Origin: Eledone cirrhosa
Lineage: Eukaryota
DNA length: 64,000 bases
Direction of reading: 5' to 3'
NCBI GenBank assembly: GCA_964016885.1
Contig: OZ024744.1
Coordinates: 2,046,001-2,110,000 of the forward strand
Of this stretch, positions 53,901 through 64,000 are shown in pieces (the stretch's first letter is position 1; each line of letters starts with the position of its first letter). Position numbers and translations under genes: made by a program. The notes under the pieces are model-generated. The model had not been told where the DNA came from, ran no database searches, and saw nothing but the letters and a program-made list of their open reading frames with translations.

Positions 53901-56900
53901 CTTGTCTTCCCTCAAAACTTCGTTCTTCACCAAGCTATCTTTCTCTACCTTGTCTTCCCCCAAAACTTCGTTCTTCACCAAGCTATCTTTCTCTACATTG
54001 TCTTCCCCAAAACTTCGTTCTTCACCAAGCTATCTTTCTCTACCTTGTCTTCCCCCAAAACTTCGTTGTTCACCAAGCTATCTTTCTCTACCTTGTCTTC
54101 CCCCAAAACTTCGTTCTTCACCAAGCTATCTTTCTCTACCTTGTCTTCCCCCAAAACTTCGTTCTTCACCAAGCTATCTTTCTCTACCTTGTCTTCCCAC
54201 AAAACTTCGTTCTTCACCAAGCTATCTTTGTCTACCTTGTCTTCCCACAAAACGTCGTTCTTCACCAAGCTATCTTTCTCTACCTTGTCTTCCCTCAAAA
54301 CTTCGTTCTTCACCAAGCTATCTTTCTCTACCTTGTCTTCCCCCAAAACTTCGTTCTTCACCAAGCTATCTTTCTCTACCTTGTCTTCCCCGAAAACTTC
54401 GTTCTTCACCAAGCTATCTTTCTCTACCTTGTCTTCCCTCAAAACATCGTTCTTCACCAAGCTATCTTTCTCGACCTTGTCTTCTCCCAAAACTTCGTTA
54501 TTCACCAAGCTATCTTTCTCTACCTTGTCTTCCCTCAAAACTTCGTTCTTCCCCAAGCTATCTTTATCTACCTTGTCTTCCCACAAAACGTCATTCTTCA
54601 CCAAGCTATCTTTCTCTACCTTGTCTTCCGTCAAACCTTCGTTCTTCACCAAGATATCTTCCTCTACCTTGTCTTCCCACAAAACGTCGTTCTTCACCAA
54701 GCTATCTTTCTCTACCTTGTCTTCCCTCTGAACTTCGTTCTTCACCAAGCTATCTTTCTCTACCTTGTCTTCCCCCAAAACTTCGTTCTTCACCAAGCTA
54801 TCTTTCTCTACATTGTCTTCCCCAAAACTTCGTTCTTCACCAAGCTATCTTTCTCTACCTTGTCTTCCCCCAAAACTTCGTTCTTCACCAAGCTACTTTC
54901 TCTACCTTGTCTTCCCACAAAACTTCGTTCTTCACCAAGCTATCTTTCTCTACCTTGTCTTCCCCCAAAACTTCGTTCTTCATCAAGCTATCTTTCTCTA
55001 CCTTGTCTTCCCCCAAAACTTCGTTCTTCACCAAGCTATCTTTTTCTACCTTGTCTTCCCCCAAAACTTCGTTCTTCACCAAGCTATCTTTCTCTACCTT
55101 GTCTTCCCACAAAACTTCGTTCTCCACCAAGCTATCTTTATCTACCTTGTCTTCCCACAAAACGTCATTCTTCACCAAGCTATCTTTCTCTACCTTGTCT
55201 TCCGTCAAAACTTCGTTCTTCACCAAGATATCTTTCTCTACCTTGTCTTCCCACAAAACGTCGTTCTTCACCAAGCTATCTTTCTCTACCTTGTCTTCCC
55301 TCAGAACTTCGTTCTTCACCAAGCTATCTTTCTCTACCTTGTCTTCCCCCAAAACTTCGTTCTTCACCAAGCTATCTTTCTCTACATTGTCTTCCCCAAA
55401 ACTTCGTTCTTCACCAAGCTATCTTTCTCTACCTTGTCTTCCCCAAAAACGTCGTTTTTCACCAAGCTATCTTTCTCTACCTTGTCTTCCCCCAAAACTT
55501 CGTTCTTCACCAAGCTATCTTTCTCTACCTTGTCTTCCCCCAAAACTTCGTTCTTCACCAAGCTATCTTTCTCTACATTGTCTTCCCCAAAACTTCGTTC
55601 TTCACCAAGCTATCTTTCTCTACCTTGTCTTCCCTCAAAACGTCGTTCTTCACCAAGCTATCTTTCTCTACCTTGTCTTCTCCCAAAACTTCGTTATTCA
55701 CCAAGCTATCTTTCTCTACCTTGTCTTCCCTCAAAACTTCGTTCTTCACCAAGCTATCTTTCTCTACCTTGTCTTCCCCCAAAACTTCGTTCTTCACCAA
55801 GCTATCTTTCTCTACATTGTCTTCCCCAAAACTTCGTTCTTCACCAAGCTATCTTTCTCTACCTTGTCTTCCCCCAAAACTTCGTTCTTCACCAAGCTAT
55901 CTTTCTCTACCTTGTCTTCCCACAAAACTTCGTTCTTCACCAAGCTATCTTTCTCTACCTTGTCTTCCCACAAAACTTCGTTCTTCACCAAGCTATCTTT
56001 CTCTACCTTGTCTTCCCACAAAACGTCGTTCTTCACCAAGCTATCTTTCTCTACCTTGTCTTCCCTCAAAACTTCGTTCTTCACCAAGCTATCTTTCTCT
56101 ACCTTGTCTTCCCCCAAAACTTCGTTCTTCACCAAGCTATCTTTCTCTACCTTGTCTTCCCCGAAAACTTCGTTCTTCACCAAGCTATCTTTCTCTACCT
56201 TGTCTTCCCTCAAAACATCGTTCTTCACCAAGCTATCTTTATCTACCTTGTCTTCCCACAAAACGTCATTCTTCACCAAGCTATCTTTCTCTACCTTGTC
56301 TTCCGTCAAAACTTCGTTCTTCACCAAGATATCTTTCTCTACCTTGTCTTCCCCCAAAACTTCGTTCTTCACCAAGCTATCTTTCTCTACCTTGTCTTCC
56401 CCGAAAACTTCGTTCTTCACCAAGCTATCTTTCTCTACCTTGTCTTCCCTCAAAACATCGTTCTTCACCAAGCTATCTTTCTCGACCTTGTCTTCTCCCA
56501 AAACTTCGTTATTCACCAAGCTATCTTTCTCTACCTTGTCTTCCCTCAAAACTTCGTTCTTCACCAAGCTATCTTTATCTACCTTGTCTTCCCACAAAAC
56601 GTCATTCTTCACCAAGCTATCTTTCTCTACCTTGTCTTCCGTCAAAACTTCGTTCTTCACCAAGATATCTTTCTCTACCTTGTCTTCCCACAAAACGTCG
56701 TTCTTCACCAAGCTATCTTTCTCTACCTTGTCTTCCCTCTGAACTTCGTTCTTCACCAAGCTATCTTTCTCTACCTTGTCTTCCCCCAAAACGTCGTTCT
56801 TCACCAAGCTATCTTTCTCTACCTTGTCTTCCCACAAAACTTCGTTCTTCACCAAGCTATCTTTCTCTACCTTGTCTTCCCCCAAAACTTCGTTCTTCAC

Positions 56901-59900
56901 CAAGCTATCTTTCTCTACCTTGTCTTCCCCCAAAACTTCGTTCTTCATCAAGCTATCTTTCTCTACCTTGTCTTCCCCCAAAACTTCGTTCTTCACCAAG
57001 CTATCTTTTTCTACCTTGTCTTCCCCCAAAACTTCGTTCTTCACCAAGCTATCTTTCTCTACCTTGTCTTCCCACAAAACTTCGTTCTTCACCAAGCTAT
57101 CTTTATCTACCTTGTCTTCCCACAAAACGTAATTCTTCACCAAGCTATCTTTCTCTACCTTGTCTTCCGTCAAAACTTCGTTCTTCACCAAGATATCTTT
57201 CTCTACCTTGTCTTCCCACAAAACGTCGTTCTTCACCAAGCTATCTTTCTCTACCTTGTCTTCCCTCAGAACTTCGTTCTTCACCAAGCTATCTTTCTCT
57301 ACCTTGTCTTCCCCCAAAACTTCGTTCTTCACCAAGCTATCTTTCTCTACATTGTCTTCCCCAAAACTTCGTTCTTCACCAAGCTATCTTTCTCTACCTT
57401 GTCTTCCCCCAAAACTTCGTTCTTCACCAAGCCATCTTTCTCTACCTTGTCTTCCCCCAAAACTTCGTTCTTCACCAAGCTATCTTTCTCTACATTGTCT
57501 TCCCCAAAACTTCGTTCTTCACCAAGCTATCTTTCTCTACCTTGTCTTCCCTCAAAACGTCGTTCTTCACCAAGCTATCTTTCTCTACCTTGTCTTCTCC
57601 CAAAACTTCGTTATTCACCAAGCTATCTTTCTCTACCTTGTCTTCCCTCAAAACTTCGTTCTTCACCAAGCTATCTTTCTCTACCTTGTCTTCCCCCAAA
57701 ACTTCGTTCTTCACCAAGCTATCTTTCTCTACATTGTCTTCCCCAAAACTTCGTTCTTCACCAAGCTATCTTTCTCTACCTTGTCTGCCCCCAAAACTTC
57801 GTTGTTCACCAAGCTATCTTTCTCTACCTTGTCTTCCCCCAAAACTTCGTTCTTCACCAAGCTATCTTTCTCTACCTTGTCTTCCCCCAAAACTTCGTTC
57901 TTCACCAAGCTATCTTTCTCTACCTTGTCTTCCCACAAAACTTCGTTCTTCACCAAGCTATCTTTCTCTACCTTGTCTTCCCACAAAACTTCGTTCTTCA
58001 CCAAGCTATCTTTCTCTACCTTGTCTCCCCACAAAACGTCGTTCTTCACCAAGCTATCTTTCTCTACCTTGTCTTCCCTCAAAACTTCGTTCTTCACCAA
58101 GCTATCTTTCTCTACCTTGTCTTCCCCCAAAACTTCGTTCTTCACCAAGCTATCTTTCTCTACCTTGTCTTACCCGAAAACTTCGTTCTTCACCAAGCTA
58201 TCTTTCTCTACCTTGTCTTCCCTCAAAACATCGTTCTTCACCAAGCTATCTTTCTCGACCTTGTCTTCTCCCAAAACTTCGTTATTCACCAAGCTATCTT
58301 TCTCTACCTTGTCTTCCCTCAAAACTTCGTTCTTCACCAAGCTATCTTTATCTACCTTGTCTTCCCACAAAACGTCATTCTTCACCAAGCTATCTTTCTC
58401 TACCTTGTCTTCCGTCAAAACTTCGTTCTTCACCAAGATATCTTTCTCTACCTTGTCTTCCCCCAAAACTTCGTTCTTCACCAAGCTATCTTTCTCTACC
58501 TTGTCTTCCCCGAAAACTTCGTTCTTCACCAAGCTATCTTTCTCTACCTTGTCTTCCCTCAAAACATCGTTCTTCACCAAGCTATCTTTCTCGACCTTGT
58601 CTTCTCCCAAAACTTCGTTATTCACCAAGCTATCTTTCTCTACCTTGTCTTCCCTCAAAACTTCGTTCTTCACCAAGCTATCTTTATCTACCTTGTCTTC
58701 CCACAAAACGTCATTCTTCACCAAGCTATCTCTCTCTACCTTGTCTTCCGTCAAAACTTCGTTCTTCACCAAGATATCTTTCTCTATCTTGTCTTCCCAC
58801 AAAACGTCGTTCTTCACCAAGCTATCTTTCTCTACCTTGTCTTCCCTCTGAACTTCGTTCTTCACCAAGCTATCTTTCTCTACCTTGTCTTCCGTCAAAA
58901 CTTCGTTCGTCACTAAGATATCTTTCTCTACCTTGTCTTCCCACAAAACGTCGTTCTTCACCAAGCTATCTTTCTCTACCTTGTCTTCCCTCAGAACTTC
59001 GTTCTTCACCAAGCTATCTTTCTCTACCTTGTCTTCCCCCAAAACTTCGTTCTTCACCAAGCTATCTTTCTCTACATTGTCTTCCCCAAAACTTCGTTCT
59101 TCACCAAGCTATCTTTCTCTACCTTGTCTTCCCTCAAAACGTCGTTTTTCACCAAGCTATCTTTCTCTACCTTGTCTTCCCCCAAAACTTCGTTCTTCAC
59201 CAAGCCATCTTTCTCTACCTTGTCTTCCCCCAAAACTTCGTTCTTCACCAAGCTATCTTTCTCTACATTGTCTTCCCCAAAACTTCGTTCTTCACCAAGC
59301 TATCTTTCTCTACCTTGTCTTCCCTCAAAACGTCGTTCTTCACCAAGCTATCTTTCTCTACCTTGTCTTCTCCCAAAACTTCGTTATTCACCAAGCTATC
59401 TTTCTCTACCTTGTCTTCCCTCAAAACTTCGTTCTTCACCAAGCTATCTTTCTCTACCTTGTCTTCCCCCAAAACTTCGTTCTTCACCAAGCTATCTTTC
59501 TCTACATTGTCTTCCCCAAAACTTCGTTCTTCACCAAGCTATCTTTCTCTACCTTGTCTTCCCCCAAAACTTCGTTGTGCACCAAGCTATCTTTCTCTAC
59601 CTTGTCTTCCCCCAAAACTTCGTTCTTCACCAAGCTATCTTTCTCTACCTTGTCTTCCCCCAAAACTTCGTTCTTCACCAAGCTATCTTTCTCTACCTTG
59701 TCTTCCCACAAAACTTCGTTCTTCACCAAGCTATCTTTCTCTACCTTGTCTTCCCACAAAACGTCGTTCTTCACCAAGCTATCTTTCTCTACCTTGTCTT
59801 CCCTCAAAACTTCGTTCTTCACCAAGCTATCTTTCTCTACCTTGTCTTCCCCCAAAACTTCGTTCTTCACCAAGCTATCTTTCTCTACCTTGTCTTACCC

Positions 59901-60984
59901 GAAAACTTCGTTCTTCACCAAGCTATCTTTCTCTACCTTGTCTTCCCTCAAAACATCGTTCTTCACCAAGCTATCTTTCTCGACCTTGTCTTCTCCCAAA
60001 ACTTCGTTATTCACCAAGCTATCTTTCTCTACCTTGTCTTCCCTCAAAACTTCGTTCTTCACCAAGCTATCTTTATCTACCTTGTCTTCCCACAAAACGT
60101 CATTCTTCACCAAGCTATCTTTCTCTACCTTGTCTTCCGTCAAAACTTCGTTCTTCACCAAGATATCTTTCTCTATCTTGTCTTCCCACAAAACGTCGTT
60201 CTTCACCAAGCTATCTTTCTCTACCTTGTCTTCCCTCTGAACTTCGTTCTTCACCAAGCTATCTTTCTCTACCTTGTCTTCCCCCAAAACTTCGTTCTTC
60301 ACCAAGCTATCTTTCTCTACATTGTCTTCCCCAAAACTTCGTTCTTCACCAAGCTATCTTTCTCTACCTTGTCTTCCCCCAAAACTTCGTTCTTCACCAA
60401 GCTATCTTTCTCTACCTTGTCTTCCCACAAAGCTTCGTTCTTCACCAAGCTATCTTTCTCTACCTTGTCTTCCCCCAAAACTTCCTTCTTCACCAAGCTA
60501 TCTTTCTCTACCTTGTCTTCCCCCAAAACTTCGTTCTTCATCAAGCTATCTTTCTCTACCTTGTCTTCCCCCAAAACTTCGTTCTTCACCAAGCTATCTT
60601 TTTCTACCTTGTCTTCCCCCAAAACTTCGTTCTTCACCAAGCTATCTTTCTCTACCTTGTCTTCCCACAAAACTTCGTTCTTCACCAAGCTATCTTTATC
60701 TACCTTGTCTTCCCACAAAACGTCATTCTTCACCAAGCTATCTTTCTCTACCTTGTCTTCCGTCAAAACTTCGTTCTTCACCAAGATATCTTTCTCTACC
60801 TTGTCTTCCCACAAAACGTCGTTCTTCACCAAGCTATCTTTCTCTACCTTGTCTTCCCTCAGAACTTCGTTCTTCACCAAGCTATCTTTCTCTACCTTGT
60901 CTTCCCCCAAAACTTCGTTCTTCACCAAGCTATCTTTCTCTACATTGTCTTCCCCAAAACTTCGTTCTTCACCAAGCTATCTTT

Positions 60985-63670
60985 CTCTACCTTGTCTTCC
61001 CTCAAAACGTCGTTTTTCACCAAGCTATCTTTCTCTACCTTGTCTTCCCCCAAAACTTCGTTCTTCACCAAGCTATCTTTCTCTACCTTGTCTTCCCCGA
61101 AAACTTCGTTCTTCACCAAGCTATCTTTCTCTACATTGTCTTCCCCAAAACTTCGTTCTTCACCAAGCTATCTTTCTCTACCTTGTCTTCCCTCAAAACG
61201 TCGTTCTTCACCAAGCTATCTTTCTCTACCTTGTCTTCTCCCAAAACTTCGTTATTCACCAAGCTATCTTTCTCTACCTTGTCTTCCCCAAAACTTCGTT
61301 CTTCACCAAGCTATCTTTCTCTACCTTGTCTTCCCTCAAAACGTCGTTTTTCACCAAGCTATCTTTCTCTACCTTGTCTTCCCCCAAAACTTCGTTCTTC
61401 ACCAAGCTATCTTTCTCTACCTTGTCTTCCCCCAAAACTTCGTTCTTCACCAAGCTATCTTTCTCTACATTGTCTTCCCCAAAACTTCGTTCTTCACCAA
61501 GCTATCTTTCTCTACCTTGTCTTCCCTCAAAACGTCGTTCTTCACCAAGCTATCTTTCTCTACCTTGTCTTCTCCCAAAACTTCGTTATTCACCAAGCTA
61601 TCTTTCTCTACCTTGTCTTCCCTCAAAACTTCGTTCTTCACCAAGCTATCTTTCTCTACCTTGTCTTCCCCCAAAACTTCGTTCTTCACCAAGCTATCTT
61701 TCTCTACATTGTCTTCCCCAAAACTTCGTTCTTCACCAAGCTATCTTTCTCTACCTTGTCTTCCCCCAAAACTTCGTTGTTCACCAAGCTATCTTTCTCT
61801 ACCTTGTCTTCCCCCAAAACTTCGTTCTTCACCAAGCTATCTTTCTCTACCTTGTCTTCCCCCAAAACTTCGTTCTTCACCAAGCTATCTTTCTCTACCT
61901 TGTCTTCCCACAAAACATCGTTCTTCACCAAGCTATCTTTCTCTACCTTGTCTTCCCACAAAACGTCGTTCTTCACCAAGCTATCTTTCTCTACCTTGTC
62001 TTCCCTCAAAACTTCGTTCTTCACCAAGCTATCTTTCTCTACCTTGTCTTCCCCCAAAACTTCGTTCTTCACCAAGCTATCTTCCTCTACCTTGTCTTAC
62101 CCGAAAACTTCGTTCTTCACCAAGCTATCTTTCTCTACCTTGTCTTCCCTCAAAACATCGTTCTTCACCAAGCTATCTTTCTCGACCTTGTCTTCTCCCA
62201 AAACTTCGTTATTCACCAAGCTATCTTTCTCTACCTTGTCTTCCCTCAAAACTTCGTTCTTCACCAAGCTATCTTTATCTACCTTGTCTTCCCACAAAAC
62301 GTCATTCTTCACCAAGCTATCTTTCTCTACCTTGTCTTCCCTCAAAACGTCGTTTTTCACCAAGCTATCTTTCTCTACCTTGTCTTCCCCCAAAACTTCG
62401 TTCTTCACCAAGCTATCTTTCTCTACCTTGTCTTCCCCCAAAACTTCGTTCTTCACCAAGCTATCTTTCTCTACATTGTCTTCCCCAAAACTTCGTTCTT
62501 CACCAAGCTATCTTTCTCTACCTTGTCTTCCCTCAAAACGTCGTTCTTCACCAAGCTATCTTTCTCTACCTTGTCTTCTCCCAAAACTTCGTTATTCACC
62601 AAGCTATCTTTCTCTACCTTGTCTTCCCCAAAACTTCGTTCTTCACCAAGCTATCTTTCTCTACCTTGTCTTCCCTCAAAACGTCGTTTTTCACCAAGCT
62701 ATCTTTCTCTACCTTGTCTTCCCCCAAAACTTCGTTCTTCACCAAGCTATCTTTCTCTACCTTGTCTTCCCCCAAAACTTCGTTCTTCACCAAGCTATCT
62801 TTCTCTACATTGTCTTCCCCAAAACTTCGTTCTTCACCAAGCTATCTTTCTCTACCTTGTCTTCCCTCAAAACGTCGTTCTTCACCAAGCTATCTTTCTC
62901 TACCTTGTCTTCTCCCAAAACTTCGTTATTCACCAAGCTATCTTTCTCTACCTTGTCTTCCCTCAAAACTTCGTTCTTCACCAAGCTATCTTTCTCTACC
63001 TTGTCTTCCCCCAAAACTTCGTTCTTCACCAAGCTATCTTTCTCTACATTGTCTTCCCCAAAACTTCGTTCTTCACCAAGCTATCTTTCTCTACCTTGTC
63101 TTCCCCCAAAACTTCGTTGTTCACCAAGCTATCTTTCTCTACCTTGTCTTCCCCCAAAACTTCGTTCTTCACCAAGCTATCTTTCTCTACCTTGTCTTCC
63201 CCCAAAACTTCGTTCTTCACCAAGCTATCTTTCTCTACCTTGTCTTCCCACAAAACATCGTTCTTCACCAAGCTATCTTTCTCTACCTTGTCTTCCCACA
63301 AAACGTCGTTCTTCACCAAGCTATCTTTCTCTACCTTGTCTTCCCTCAAAACTTCGTTCTTCACCAAGCTATCTTTCTCTACCTTGTCTTCCCCCAAAAC
63401 TTCGTTCTTCACCAAGCTATCTTCCTCTACCTTGTCTTACCCGAAAACTTCGTTCTTCACCAAGCTATCTTTCTCTACCTTGTCTTCCCTCAAAACATCG
63501 TTCTTCACCAAGCTATCTTTCTCGACCTTGTCTTCTCCCAAAACTTCGTTATTCACCAAGCTATCTTTCTCTACCTTGTCTTCCCTCAAAACTTCGTTCT
63601 TCACCAAGCTATCTTTATCTACCTTGTCTTCCCACAAAACGTCATTCTTCACCAAGCTATCTTTCTCTAC
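60985..63670. repeat. Tandem duplication, period 1,340 bp (28 monomers)
   Basis: ORF pairs 61465/62805, 61704/63044 and 62097/63437 have offset 1340 = 28x48-4. The rare variant cttcctctaccttgtcttaccc is shared at 62081 / 63421. Confidence 0.88.
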
Positions 63671-64000
63671 CTTGTCTTCCGTCAAAACTTCGTTCTTCAC
63701 CAAGATATCTTTCTCTACCTTGTCTTCCCCCAAAACTTCGTTCTTCACCAAGCTATCTTTCTCTACCTTGTCTTCCCCGAAAACTTCGTTCTTCACCAAG
63801 CTATCTTTCTCTACCTTGTCTTCCCTCAAAACATCGTTCTTCACCAAGCTATCTTTCTCGACCTTGTCTTCTCCCAAAACTTCGTTATTCACCAAGCTAT
63901 CTTTCTCTACCTTGTCTTCCCTCAAAACTTCGTTCTTCACCAAGCTATCTTTATCTACCTTGTCTTCCCACAAAACGTCAGTCTTCACCAAGCTATCTTT

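Larger units (their letters stand above)
1..64000. repeat. Satellite DNA array, 48-bp monomer (consensus ACCTTGTCTTCCCCCAAAACTTCGTTCTTCACCAAGCTATCTTTCTCT), ~1,335 head-to-tail copies, running off both window ends
   Basis: The motif CACCAAGCTATCTTTCTCTAC recurs every 48 bp (occasionally 47 bp) from the first line to the last. All translated frames show a 16-aa period. Monomers typically differ from the consensus at 0-4 positions. No non-repeat sequence was seen. Confidence 0.99.

Noticed and set aside
29324-58916. Giant + strand ORFs of 1,000-3,035 aa (e.g. 29324..38431, 34549..43341, 43409..52417)
   Set aside because: The consensus + strand has no stop codon in any frame, so all three frames overlap as ORFs. 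The peptides switch among three 16-aa repeats at each -1 deletion. Starts are TTG within the repeat and there are no domains, so these are artefacts of the satellite.
237-63991. Minus-strand 70-500 aa EDKVEKDSLVKNEVLG-repeat ORFs as functional genes
   Set aside because: They have no unique N- or C-terminus, their starts are internal TTG codons of the repeat, and they are cut by recurrent frameshifts and stops. They are kept only as a hypothesis about the monomer's origin.
1-64000. CRISPR array or other repeat-spacer system
   Set aside because: Monomers are directly abutting with no unique spacers. The variable part is only ~5 bp with a few recurring states, and there are no cas genes or leader.
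1-64000. G-quadruplex from minus-strand G5 runs
   Set aside because: There is only one long G-run per 48 bp, so loops would be ~43 nt, and the run is interrupted in many monomers. This is not a canonical G4 motif.
1-64000. Programmed ribosomal frameshifting at C4-A4 sites restoring one giant protein
   Set aside because: It would require on the order of a hundred recoding events plus read-through of in-frame stops. No stimulatory structure or gene context is visible.
1-64000. Embedded transposon, telomeric repeat, tRNA/rRNA/5S unit or array inversion
   Set aside because: Reading through the window showed no departure from the 48-bp register or orientation, and no such motifs.

Overview
The whole 64-kb window is one uninterrupted, single-orientation tandem array (satellite DNA) of a 48-bp monomer, consensus ACCTTGTCTTCCCCCAAAACTTCGTTCTTCACCAAGCTATCTTTCTCT, about 1,335 copies. 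The consensus is 44% GC and 75% pyrimidine on the + strand. I found no unique sequence, genes, RNA genes, transposon insertions, CRISPR spacers or inversions. Every ORF in the supplied track is a by-product of a stop-poor, 3n-length monomer. The information lies in the order of monomer variants. There is a nested hierarchy of higher-order repeats (HORs) of 5, 9, 28, 37, 39, 45, 59 and 76 monomers, plus a near-identical ~13.1-kb (274-monomer) tandem duplication. Variant sub-families change near 31.3 kb, and recurrent 47-bp monomers punctuate the array. There are also hints, not yet tested, that the monomer descends from a protein-coding repeat (minus-strand EKDSLVKNEVLGEDKV). The architecture resembles eukaryotic centromeric or heterochromatic satellite, but I cannot assign an organism or a named family from the sequence alone.
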